Below are positions 56,245 to 64,000 of a DNA stretch of 64,000 nucleotides, piece by piece. Source of the DNA: an uncultured Candidatus Competibacteraceae bacterium (lineage in GTDB: Bacteria > Bacteroidota > Bacteroidia > CAIKAF01); assembly GCA_964545365.1 (NCBI GenBank), contig CAZJFM010000001.1, positions 30,948 through 94,947 on the forward strand. Reading direction: 5' to 3'. The notes beneath the pieces were generated by a model. It saw only the letters and a list, made by a program, of their open reading frames with translations, searched no databases and was not told the origin of the DNA. A program made the translations under genes and the position numbers. Position 1 is the first letter of the stretch, and every line of letters starts with the position of its first letter.

Positions 56245-58848
56245 ATGCCCGTACTTTTAACAGGAATTTCCAGTCCCCTTATGGCGGCCAAAGAAAAAAA
56301 AAGAAAGCAAACTCCACAGAACGTTTTTCGGGATGCTCCTGAAGAAGAAGTGAAGCCCAAAAGCAAGGCTCCACGGCCCAAAAGTAGGGGTCTAAAATTG
56401 CGTCGCCCTGATTTTGTTAAAAGGTTTTGGTCCAGTAGTTCCAACAGGAAGCTTAGCGGCCTCGTGCTGCTTGTTTCCTCTGCTTTTTTGTTTGCCGCTT
56501 GTATAGAGTACTTAAGGCATTGGGAGTTTGACCAATCGGTGCTGCATCATGGTGCAGACCTGTCTGAGCCCCCCAGAAACAGCTTGGGTTTTATTGGAGC
56601 TTGGTTGGCGCACCAGTGTATGTTTCACGGGTTTGGTTGGTCCTTTTTGTTGATATTTCCCCCTTTATGGCGCACCGCCTTGAGGTGGTTTACCCAAAGA
56701 CCTTTGGCTTGGTTCTCTCTACCCTTTAGCCGGTTTGTTTTTGGTATGATCTGGCTGTCTGCAACTTTAGGACTTTTGGTGCCCGGTTTGCAAAATGGTT
56801 TGGCCGCAGGGTCTTTGGGGTTAAAAATGACGCACTTTTTCTCCTTGTATGCGGGAAGCTTAGGCATGGGGCTTTTGCTTTTGGCCTCCGCTTTGGCCTA
56901 TGTGGTCTTATATGAACCTTTAGTGGCCGGGTGGCTCTGGAGGTCGGCTCAAAAAGTGGGTGAAGAGATACCTGATGAAGAAGAAAGTGCTCCTCTGCCC
57001 GAAGTATATACCCACCGAAATGCTATTCCTGAGGATGCCTCGGAAGATGAGGTACATCCAGCAGAGGATGTAGAAGTGTCCGAGGACGATTTGCTGGTAA
57101 GGGATGTGACTCCAAACGAAGAAGATGTAGTGGAGACCCCTATTGCTGAAGGAGAGGGGAATGAAGAGTCTGTAGACGAGACCTACAGCCCTCAGGAAGG
57201 AGAAACGGTTTCTTTTGAGGTGCCTAAAGCCCCTCCAAAAGCTCCCAAACCTGGTCCCGAAGAGGATTTAACCATGGAAGTGGAAGTTGCAGAGGCCCAA
57301 GATGAGGTGGCCGACCTGAGTGAGGGGGAAAGTCCTAGGCAAGGGTTAGATACAGGATATGATCCCACTTTAGATTTGAGTGGTTTTAAATTTCCTCCGC
57401 TTGATTTATTGGTCGACCATGGAAATTCAGAGCTAAAGGTGGATCAGGAAGAGCTCGAAGCCAATAAGAATCGAATTGTTGAAACCCTGCGTAACTACGG
57501 GGTAGAAATTGCAAAAATCAAGGCTACCATTGGCCCTACGGTTACCTTGTACGAAATAGTGCCGGCACCGGGGGTGCGTATTTCAAAAATCAAAAACCTG
57601 GAAGACGATATTGCCCTAAGTTTGGCAGCTCATGGCATTCGAATTATTGCTCCTATTCCGGGAAAGGGAACCATTGGCATTGAGGTGCCTAATTCTAACC
57701 GCGCTGTGGTGGGAATGCGCAAGGTTATGCAAAGTGAAAAATTTGCCCAAACCCGATTCGATTTACCCATTGCTTTGGGTCGTACCATTTCCAACGAGGT
57801 TTATGTAGCCGATTTGGCAAAAATGCCCCACCTTTTGGTTGCCGGTGCTACCGGCCAAGGTAAATCGGTTGGAATTAATGCACTGCTTGTTTCCCTCTTG
57901 TACAAACGGCATCCTTCGGAACTTAAGTTTGTGATGGTAGATCCTAAAAAAGTGGAACTTACCCTGTATGGCATTATTGAAAAGCACTACTTAGCCAAAT
58001 TGCCCGACGAGGAAGAGCCCATTATTACGGACACCAAAAAAGTGATTCACACCTTGAATTCCTTGTGTATTGAGATGGACAACCGTTACGAGCTTCTAAA
58101 GACGGCCAAAGTTCGGAACCTAAAGGAATACAACAGTAAATTTAAGTCAAGAAAGTTGAATCCCGAGGAGGGGCACCGCTTTTTGCCCTATATCGTTTTG
58201 GTTATAGACGAATTTGCCGATTTGATTATGACGGCAGGAAAGGAAGTGGAAATGCCCATTGCACGAATTGCTCAGTTAGCCAGGGCGGTGGGAATTCACC
58301 TTATTATTGCTACCCAGCGGCCTTCGGTAAACATTATTACCGGAACCATTAAGGCAAACTTCCCGGCGCGTTTGGCATTTAGGGTTTCTTCTAAGGTAGA
58401 TTCTCGTACCATTTTAGATGCCGGAGGGGCAGAACAGCTGATTGGGCAAGGAGATATGTTGCTTTCTTTGGGGAGCGACTTGGTACGTTTGCAATGTCCT
58501 TTTGTAGACACCCCTGAGGTTGAAGATATTGTCCGTTTTATTGGGGAGCAACGAGGCTACCCGGAGGCCTTCTTATTGCCGGAATATGAAGGCGATGAAG
58601 AAAGCGCTAAAGGAGGCCTAGACCCATCGGAGAAAGATAGCTTGTTTAACGAGGCTGCTACCATTATTGTGCAAAGCCAACAGGGAAGTGCCTCCTTACT
58701 GCAGCGCAAGTTAAACATTGGATATAATCGGGCGGGAAGGCTCATTGACCAAATGGAAGCTGTGGGCATTGTAGGGCCAAATAGGGGAAGTAAGCCTAGA
58801 GAAGTGCTCATTAAAGATGAGGCCAGTTTGGATATTTATTTGGATTGA
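56245..58848 (+). CDS. ftsK: DNA translocase FtsK/SpoIIIE
   Basis: N-terminal TM helices, a Pro/Glu-rich linker, the Walker A motif LVAGATGQGKSVGIN, Walker B VLVIDEFADL, and a C-terminal winged-helix gamma domain. Confidence 0.9.
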   Translation: MPVLLTGISSPLMAAKEKKRKQTPQNVFRDAPEEEVKPKSKAPRPKSRGLKLRRPDFVKRFWSSSSNRKLSGLVLLVSSAFLFAACIEYLRHWEFDQSVLHHGADLSEPPRNSLGFIGAWLAHQCMFHGFGWSFLLIFPPLWRTALRWFTQRPLAWFSLPFSRFVFGMIWLSATLGLLVPGLQNGLAAGSLGLKMTHFFSLYAGSLGMGLLLLASALAYVVLYEPLVAGWLWRSAQKVGEEIPDEEESAPLPEVYTHRNAIPEDASEDEVHPAEDVEVSEDDLLVRDVTPNEEDVVETPIAEGEGNEESVDETYSPQEGETVSFEVPKAPPKAPKPGPEEDLTMEVEVAEAQDEVADLSEGESPRQGLDTGYDPTLDLSGFKFPPLDLLVDHGNSELKVDQEELEANKNRIVETLRNYGVEIAKIKATIGPTVTLYEIVPAPGVRISKIKNLEDDIALSLAAHGIRIIAPIPGKGTIGIEVPNSNRAVVGMRKVMQSEKFAQTRFDLPIALGRTISNEVYVADLAKMPHLLVAGATGQGKSVGINALLVSLLYKRHPSELKFVMVDPKKVELTLYGIIEKHYLAKLPDEEEPIITDTKKVIHTLNSLCIEMDNRYELLKTAKVRNLKEYNSKFKSRKLNPEEGHRFLPYIVLVIDEFADLIMTAGKEVEMPIARIAQLARAVGIHLIIATQRPSVNIITGTIKANFPARLAFRVSSKVDSRTILDAGGAEQLIGQGDMLLSLGSDLVRLQCPFVDTPEVEDIVRFIGEQRGYPEAFLLPEYEGDEESAKGGLDPSEKDSLFNEAATIIVQSQQGSASLLQRKLNIGYNRAGRLIDQMEAVGIVGPNRGSKPREVLIKDEASLDIYLD

Positions 58849-58849
58849 A

Positions 58850-59050
58850 CCAGGGGAGCGTTTGCTCTTGGACGTGGAACTTTGCGGCAAGGATTGCAGC
58901 GGTAGCCCACAGTTTCAAGGCCTTGGTATTTGCGGCTTGCCGGGAGCGACCATAGGAAGCTCCCCGGAAAGCCTGCAAAACCTAGCCTTGAAACGAGGAC
59001 TACAAGCGGAAAGCCTGCTCGGCCGCCCAATCCAATATTCATGCATCTAA
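58850..59050. other. GC-rich structured intergenic element between ftsK and lolA
   Basis: Hairpin CCGGGAGC-GACCATAGGAA-GCTCCCCGG and a GGAAAGCC motif also seen near 39255. The ftsK-lolA spacer is about 260 bp. Confidence 0.25.
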
Positions 59051-59108
59051 TGTGTCTTTTGAATCGCTTTTCGATCAAAGACCTTACCTTTGGAACGCTC
59101 TTTGTACT

Positions 59109-59777
59109 ATGCAAAACAAATACGACAAGATGAAGTACCTGGTATATATGGTGGTAGGAATGTGGAGCCTTTTTGGGTTTCTTGCGGAAGCTCAGAATGT
59201 TGGAGAAGCAAAGACCCTGTTGGATAAGTTGAGTGAGAAGACTAAATCTTACGAAACGGTAGAGGTGGCGTTTAGCTTTTTAGTGACCAACAAAGAGCAA
59301 GACATTCGCGAAGAACGCAAGGGCAAGCTTAAAATGAAAGGCGAAAAGTATGTCCTTGAAATGGACAGTTTGTTCATTGTTTGCAATGGAAAGCAAGTGA
59401 CCAGTTACAGTCGGGAAATGAATGAGGCTCAGGTGATTCCTGTAGATGAGCTGGATGAGGATGCGCTTACTCCTGAATCTATGTTTACTATTTATGAGGA
59501 AGGGTTTAAGTCTCGAATTCGCGAAGAAAAAGTTGAGGATGGACGGAAAATCACCGTGGTGGACTTGTATCCTTTAGAACCTAAGGAAAAGGATTATACC
59601 ATTGTACGCTTGGATATTGACGAAGAAAAAATGCGGATTACCCGTGCCGTAGTGATTGGTAAGAATGGTACCCTATACAGTTACACCATTCACCAGTTTA
59701 AGCCAAATGGACCTTTAAGCGAGGCGGAATTTGAATTTAATGAATCTGACTTTCCGGGAGTTACCGTTATAGAGTAA
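59109..59777 (+). CDS. LolA-like outer-membrane lipoprotein carrier/sorting protein
   Basis: Signal peptide and a roughly 200-aa beta-rich body. Gene order ftsK-lolA is conserved in many bacteria. Confidence 0.55.
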   Translation: MQNKYDKMKYLVYMVVGMWSLFGFLAEAQNVGEAKTLLDKLSEKTKSYETVEVAFSFLVTNKEQDIREERKGKLKMKGEKYVLEMDSLFIVCNGKQVTSYSREMNEAQVIPVDELDEDALTPESMFTIYEEGFKSRIREEKVEDGRKITVVDLYPLEPKEKDYTIVRLDIDEEKMRITRAVVIGKNGTLYSYTIHQFKPNGPLSEAEFEFNESDFPGVTVIE

Positions 59778-59783
59778 CGCAAA

Positions 59784-60395
59784 CTAACGAATGTTGAGGC
59801 TAAAATTCTTTTGGCCTTCCAACATACCTTCCAATTGGTCCCCTGGCTCTACTTTTCCAACTCCTGCCGGAGTGCCTGTAAAGATAAGATCGCCTATTTT
59901 AAGCATAAAGTATTGGGAAATTTCCTCCACCAGGGTCGGTATGGAAAAGAGCATATCTCCGGTGAATCCATCCTGTACGGGTAAGCCGTTTTTCAGCAAT
60001 TGAAAGCGAAGGGATTGCAAATCGCCAAAGCTTGCTGCAGGAAGCAAGTCGCCTACAAACGCAGCGCCGTCAAAGGCCTTGGCTTTTTCCCACGGGAGTC
60101 CTTTGGACTTTAGTTCTTGTTGCAGGTCGCGTGCCGTAAAGTCAATGCCCAGGCCAATGCTATGGATGTACCGGTGGGCAAATTTTTTTTGGATGTGTTT
60201 TCCGGCACGGCCAATGCGAAGCACGAGTTCACATTCGTAGTGAATGTCCTTAGAGAAAGCGGGAATAATAAAAGGGTTGTTTTTGGGAACGAGCGCCGAA
60301 TCGGGTTTAAGAAATAAGACGGGTTCCTGGGGTACTTCATTGCCTAATTCGGCAGCGTGGAGTCCGTAATTTCTGCCAACGCAAATGATTTTCAT
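59784..60395 (-). CDS. Fumarylacetoacetate hydrolase (FAH)-family protein
   Basis: MKIICVGRNYGLHAAELG start and the ECELVLRIGR FAH-fold metal-site region. Confidence 0.8.
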   Translation of the reverse strand: MKIICVGRNYGLHAAELGNEVPQEPVLFLKPDSALVPKNNPFIIPAFSKDIHYECELVLRIGRAGKHIQKKFAHRYIHSIGLGIDFTARDLQQELKSKGLPWEKAKAFDGAAFVGDLLPAASFGDLQSLRFQLLKNGLPVQDGFTGDMLFSIPTLVEEISQYFMLKIGDLIFTGTPAGVGKVEPGDQLEGMLEGQKNFSLNIR

Positions 60396-60415
60396 AGCTA
60401 CACCAAATAATCGCT

Positions 60416-60550
60416 TATGCTTTTTCGCTTTCGTTGTCTTCCTGTTCGGCTTTCGGGGGCGTCTTCAGGACTTTTCGCGAAAAATAAATCAAAAGAGAAA
60501 TAACGGTACCGTGGGTAAGCACCATGGTAATCAATGCTGAAGTATTCATG
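60416..60550 (-). CDS. Small (44 aa) single-TM ORF translationally coupled (ATGA) to the upstream SNF transporter gene
   Basis: MNTSALITMVLTHGTVISLLIYFSRKVLKTPPKAEQEDNESEKA. Its ATG overlaps the transporter's TGA stop. It is below the ORF-track length cutoff. Confidence 0.25.
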
Positions 60551-62528
60551 CGCGTCCTTCTTTTTTGCGTTTGAGGTAGGCCATGTAGACCAAAAATGCG
60601 ATGCCACTAAACAGAATCACCAGCAGGGTTCGCCCAATATTGGCCAACATGATTTGTTGTTCAATCAACTGGATTTGATCCTTGTGGTTTTCTCGGGCCT
60701 TTAAATCTTCTGCGCTTTCGCCCAGTTTGGCCATATCTTCTTGGTGTTTTTGAATGCGTTGGTATTGGGCGCCATTCATTACACGTTTGATGAGGCTTTC
60801 GTTGTCTAAGTTCCAACCTTTACCACTGATGAGGTTGTTGAACTCCAGCGCCCAGTCTTGGTAGTCGTTGAGGCGGTAGCTTTCTTTTGTTAGGCCTGTT
60901 TCTGTGGTTTCAATCCAGCCTCTAAAGTCTTTGATTCCGGGGAACAATGCTTTAAAATCATTCTTTGACATTTCTCCCTGCACCGAGTTTCCTTTGACTT
61001 TTATGTCTACAAAACCAGCTTTCTCCATTTGGTTCTGCAAGAATTCTTGCTTGGATGGGTCCTTTATATCTGCTTTGACCACCGTAATGGAAGGTGGGGT
61101 TATAAGGGAACCCACAAAAACAAACAGGAGGAGAAGTGGGGTAATGTATTTTAAGATGTATTTAAAAATGCCAGGGATGCGCATGTCGGCGCCTCGGTTG
61201 ATCTCTTTCCAACCTTTGTTGATTCCAAATACCCAAGCAAATAGGATAGCTTCTGCCAGTGCAAATACCACCAAACTTACCGTGCCGGCCCAATAGTCGT
61301 ACTCATCAAAAATGGGTTGCGCCAAAAAGGAAATTTTTCCGTTTTCGTCGTAGCCACTTACATAGCCAAGTACAGTAGGCAGACCAAAGAGAAGAATTAT
61401 AAGGCCAAAGCTCCATGCGGCCACCTTGTGGGGCAGTTTAAATTCGTCTTTTACGAAGCCAATCCAAGGGGTGCCCATGGCCAGGGAGGAGGTGATTCCT
61501 GCAAAGAACAAAAGGCCAAACCAGAGTACGCCGGCAATTTTGGCCAAGACTAAGCCCCATTGTTGGAACAAGAAAGGCATGGTTTGAAAGGCCATACCAA
61601 AGCCTGCGTTGTCCAACACCCAGTCGATGCCTAAGTAACCTGCTGCAATAGGAATAACAATAAGGCTTCCCAAGACTACTTCCACAAATTCGTTGGCAAA
61701 GCCAGAGGTGGTTGCATTGAGCGCAATGTCGTCTTTGGAGCGTACATAACTGGCATAGCAGTGAATGGTGCCCATGCCCAAGGAGAGGGTAAAGAAAATT
61801 TGTCCGGCGGCTGCCAGCCAGACTTTAGGGTTGGCGAGGGAGTCAAATTGGGGCGTCCATAAAAAATTGATGCCCTCCCAGGCGTTGGCTTCGGGGTATT
61901 CGGGGCTTGCGGCACTGGTGCCTAAGGTGAGACCGCGGATGGCCAGTAGTGCTCCAAAGCCAATGAGCATGGGAACACCAATTTTGGCTACTTTTTCAAC
62001 GCCTGATAGCCCTTTGGAGAGAATATAGGTGTTGAGCACTAAACAAATCACAAAGAAAATTACTCCTTCGAAGGGAATACCGGTGGTGGATTTGCTAACG
62101 TCTATGTAGCGGAGAAAGAAATAGGAGGTATCGGCCTGGCTTACTCCGGTGAAGGTGTCACCAATGGAATGAAATACGTAGGACAGGGTCCAAGATTCGA
62201 TGTAGCAGTAGTAGGAAGCAACGGCGATGTTGGTAAAGATGCCAAAGACGCCAAAGTATTTCCAGAGTCTTTTTCGGCCGAGGGTATCAAAGATGAATGG
62301 GGTGGAGTGGTTGCCCATTTTGCCGCCGAATCGACCCATGCCCCATTCCATCCAGAGGAGCGGGATGCCCATAAGAAGGAAACAAATGAGGTAGGGAATA
62401 ATAAAGGCTCCGCCGCCATTATTTACGGCTTGTACGGGAAAGCGCAGAAAGTTGCCCAGACCTACGGCATTTCCTGCCATAGCCAAAATTAATCCTACGC
62501 GTGAGCCCCATTGTTCTTGTTTGGCCAT
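60546..62528 (-). CDS. Sodium-dependent transporter of the SNF/NSS family with a roughly 200-aa C-terminal extension ending in an extra TM helix
   Basis: MAKQEQWGSRVGLILAMAGNAVGLGNFLRFP is the NSS signature. Twelve TM helices are followed by a soluble domain and a terminal TM helix. Confidence 0.85.
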   Translation of the reverse strand: MAKQEQWGSRVGLILAMAGNAVGLGNFLRFPVQAVNNGGGAFIIPYLICFLLMGIPLLWMEWGMGRFGGKMGNHSTPFIFDTLGRKRLWKYFGVFGIFTNIAVASYYCYIESWTLSYVFHSIGDTFTGVSQADTSYFFLRYIDVSKSTTGIPFEGVIFFVICLVLNTYILSKGLSGVEKVAKIGVPMLIGFGALLAIRGLTLGTSAASPEYPEANAWEGINFLWTPQFDSLANPKVWLAAAGQIFFTLSLGMGTIHCYASYVRSKDDIALNATTSGFANEFVEVVLGSLIVIPIAAGYLGIDWVLDNAGFGMAFQTMPFLFQQWGLVLAKIAGVLWFGLLFFAGITSSLAMGTPWIGFVKDEFKLPHKVAAWSFGLIILLFGLPTVLGYVSGYDENGKISFLAQPIFDEYDYWAGTVSLVVFALAEAILFAWVFGINKGWKEINRGADMRIPGIFKYILKYITPLLLLFVFVGSLITPPSITVVKADIKDPSKQEFLQNQMEKAGFVDIKVKGNSVQGEMSKNDFKALFPGIKDFRGWIETTETGLTKESYRLNDYQDWALEFNNLISGKGWNLDNESLIKRVMNGAQYQRIQKHQEDMAKLGESAEDLKARENHKDQIQLIEQQIMLANIGRTLLVILFSGIAFLVYMAYLKRKKEGRA

Positions 62529-62620
62529 AGAATAGAGTGTTAATCTTTAGGTTGCAATAGCCGAAGATACAATTCTTGAAGAAGACCCAAAGAACAAAAG
62601 CCGGTAACGCTAGTTTAGCT

Positions 62621-63529
62621 TTACAAGCTTATGCTTTGCATTTGCTCTTGCACAATGGCTAATCCTTCCTCCAATTTATGTGGGTCATAGCCCAGCTCAT
62701 TTTTGGCTTTTTCGATAACCAAACCTGTGCGGGGCGGGCGTTTTGCCGCTTGGTTTAAGCTGGAAGAATCGGTGCGGCTTAAGGTGTCTGTGCTCAGTCC
62801 AAAAAAGGCGGCGATGCGCTGGACCATGTCAAAGACACTCATGATTTCGGGGCCAGAGATATGAAAAACACCGCAAGGCTGTCTTTGGGCTGCGGCGATG
62901 CATGCATCGGCCAAATCCTCGGATAGTGTAGGAGAGCGGAATTGGTCGTCAACTACCCGAATTTCTTTTTTTTCTTTCAAGGATTGGTGTGCCCAAAGTA
63001 CGATATTGGTGCGGCTCATGCGGTGGGTTAATCCGTAAACCAGGCCGGTGCGAATAATACACCATGGCTGTTCGAGTTGCATAACTACCTTTTCGCCTTC
63101 CCATTTGCTGTGGCCATATACACTTATGGGATTGGGTTGGGCGGATTCGTCGTAAGGGCCACCTTCTCCGTCAAAAATAAAGTCGGTGCTTACATGAACC
63201 AGATAGATTCCAAACCTTTGGCAGGCTTCACAGAGGTGTTTTACGGCTTCCACATTGGCTCTTTGGCAAGCCTCTTGTTCGGTTTCACATAAGTCCACCT
63301 GCGTCATGGCAGCCGTATGAATAATGGTGTCCGGTCGTTCTTTTTCGAGCAAATCGAGTACGGCTTGCCTGTCCTCAATATCCAAACTTTGATAGTTCAG
63401 TGCGGGATGTTCCTCTCCTCTCCAAAATCCTCTACCAGTGGCCAGAAGGTCGTGTTCGGGTTGGTCGATAAGCTTAGTTACCAGTTTTTGTCCAAGTAAG
63501 CCATTGGCACCGGTTACCAAAATTTTCAT
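62621..63529 (-). CDS. dTDP-4-dehydrorhamnose reductase-like SDR (RmlD family)
   Basis: MKILVTGANGLLGQKL start, about 300 aa and a YxxxK region. Confidence 0.65.
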   Translation of the reverse strand: MKILVTGANGLLGQKLVTKLIDQPEHDLLATGRGFWRGEEHPALNYQSLDIEDRQAVLDLLEKERPDTIIHTAAMTQVDLCETEQEACQRANVEAVKHLCEACQRFGIYLVHVSTDFIFDGEGGPYDESAQPNPISVYGHSKWEGEKVVMQLEQPWCIIRTGLVYGLTHRMSRTNIVLWAHQSLKEKKEIRVVDDQFRSPTLSEDLADACIAAAQRQPCGVFHISGPEIMSVFDMVQRIAAFFGLSTDTLSRTDSSSLNQAAKRPPRTGLVIEKAKNELGYDPHKLEEGLAIVQEQMQSISL

Positions 63530-63641
63530 GCACAATATTAGCACCTTTTGCCCGAAATATGGCCTTTTTATATTCCCAATTTCATTAAAAACTCCTTGAT
63601 TTCTTATAAAGGGTTGATGCTGGAGGATGGTTTTAGGTTTG

Positions 63642-64000
63642 CTAGATTCCAAAAACCAAATGTTTCCCTATGGCACAGTCCATGCAGGCTTTTTTTTGAC
63701 AGGCACGTTCGTAGCGTTCCAACGCAGCTTGGCTGTCTAAAGCATTACGCATGGGGATTCCGGAGTTTTTCCACAAACGAGTGATTCGGTTGTTTTCCGG
63801 TGGTAATTGGGCCAACCAGTCCAATACCTGTTGATGGGCAAAACCTTGGTTTCTTAGTTCGGCACGCAGAAACAGAATGGGGGCAATGCCGTTGATAAGG
63901 GTTCCGTGCCAAGCATGGTTTGACTGTCCTGAAGCTTTGGTTTGCCTTGGCTTAGCAAAATGGTAATGCTTTTGCCAGTAATCCGGCAGGGCTTGACTCC
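63642..64000 (-). CDS. Hypothetical protein, C-terminal part (gene continues beyond the window end)
   Basis: The minus-strand frame is open to the window edge and ends ...CQKKACMDCAIGKHLVFGI. No family was recognised. Confidence 0.3.
   Translation of the reverse strand, partial: SQALPDYWQKHYHFAKPRQTKASGQSNHAWHGTLINGIAPILFLRAELRNQGFAHQQVLDWLAQLPPENNRITRLWKNSGIPMRNALDSQAALERYERACQKKACMDCAIGKHLVFGI

Noticed and set aside
60398-60607. 69-aa ORF from the track overlapping the 3' end of the SNF transporter gene
   Set aside because: It overlaps the transporter CDS in another frame and has no coupling signal. The separate 44-codon ORF with an ATGA overlap is the better-supported small gene.
1-64000. 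Searched by eye for CRISPR arrays, tRNA/rRNA genes, transposases, integrases and phage genes
   Set aside because: I found no regularly spaced direct repeats, no tRNA-like T-arm/acceptor patterns, no rRNA-like segments, and no transposase- or integrase-like ORFs. A tRNAscan/Infernal run would be needed to be certain about small RNAs.

Overview
This 64 kb window is a Bacteroidetes-type chromosomal segment. The phylum call rests on T9SS type-B C-terminal sorting domains, LptF/G, DUF3127, DUF4286, a LytS/LytTR pair and the TAnnTTTG -7 promoter box. I found no rRNA, tRNA, CRISPR array, transposase or prophage gene.

Three compositional blocks are visible by eye:

- **Glycan island (about 750-14,980).** Very AT-rich, with every gene on the minus strand and most start/stop codons overlapping. 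It encodes a nonulosonic-acid (legionaminic/sialic-like) pathway: NeuB, a hydrolysing NeuC, a DegT aminotransferase, a CBS-domain nucleotidyltransferase like PtmE, a CMP-sugar synthetase and a GT42 sialyltransferase-like transferase. Also present are three Gfo/Idh/MocA paralogs plus an SDR, an MBOAT/SGNH O-acylation pair, a 4,6-dehydratase-like epimerase and a Wzx flippase.
- **Regulatory and adhesin block (14,984-24,058).** A LytS-type sensor kinase carries an in-frame G10 homopolymer. It is followed by a LytTR response regulator and two giant paralogous T9SS-secreted adhesin-like proteins of mosaic composition.
- **Housekeeping genes (24,100 onward).** Higher GC, including carB, rsmG, tgt, lptF/G, accA, ychF, def, ruvX, PBP4, fabG, gltX, folB, ftsK, lolA and an SNF transporter.

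The most unusual signals are:

- the phase-variation-like G10 tract inside the kinase that sits next to the adhesin pair;
- the oxidoreductase quartet embedded in the nonulosonic-acid operon;
- a small DUF3127 protein that looks like an SSB-type OB fold and ends in the canonical SSB C-terminal tip (GGGG-EDDLPF);
- several GC-rich, strongly self-complementary intergenic elements that no protein gene explains and that may be ncRNAs or a REP-like repeat family.

All functional calls come from reading motifs by eye; no database search was run.
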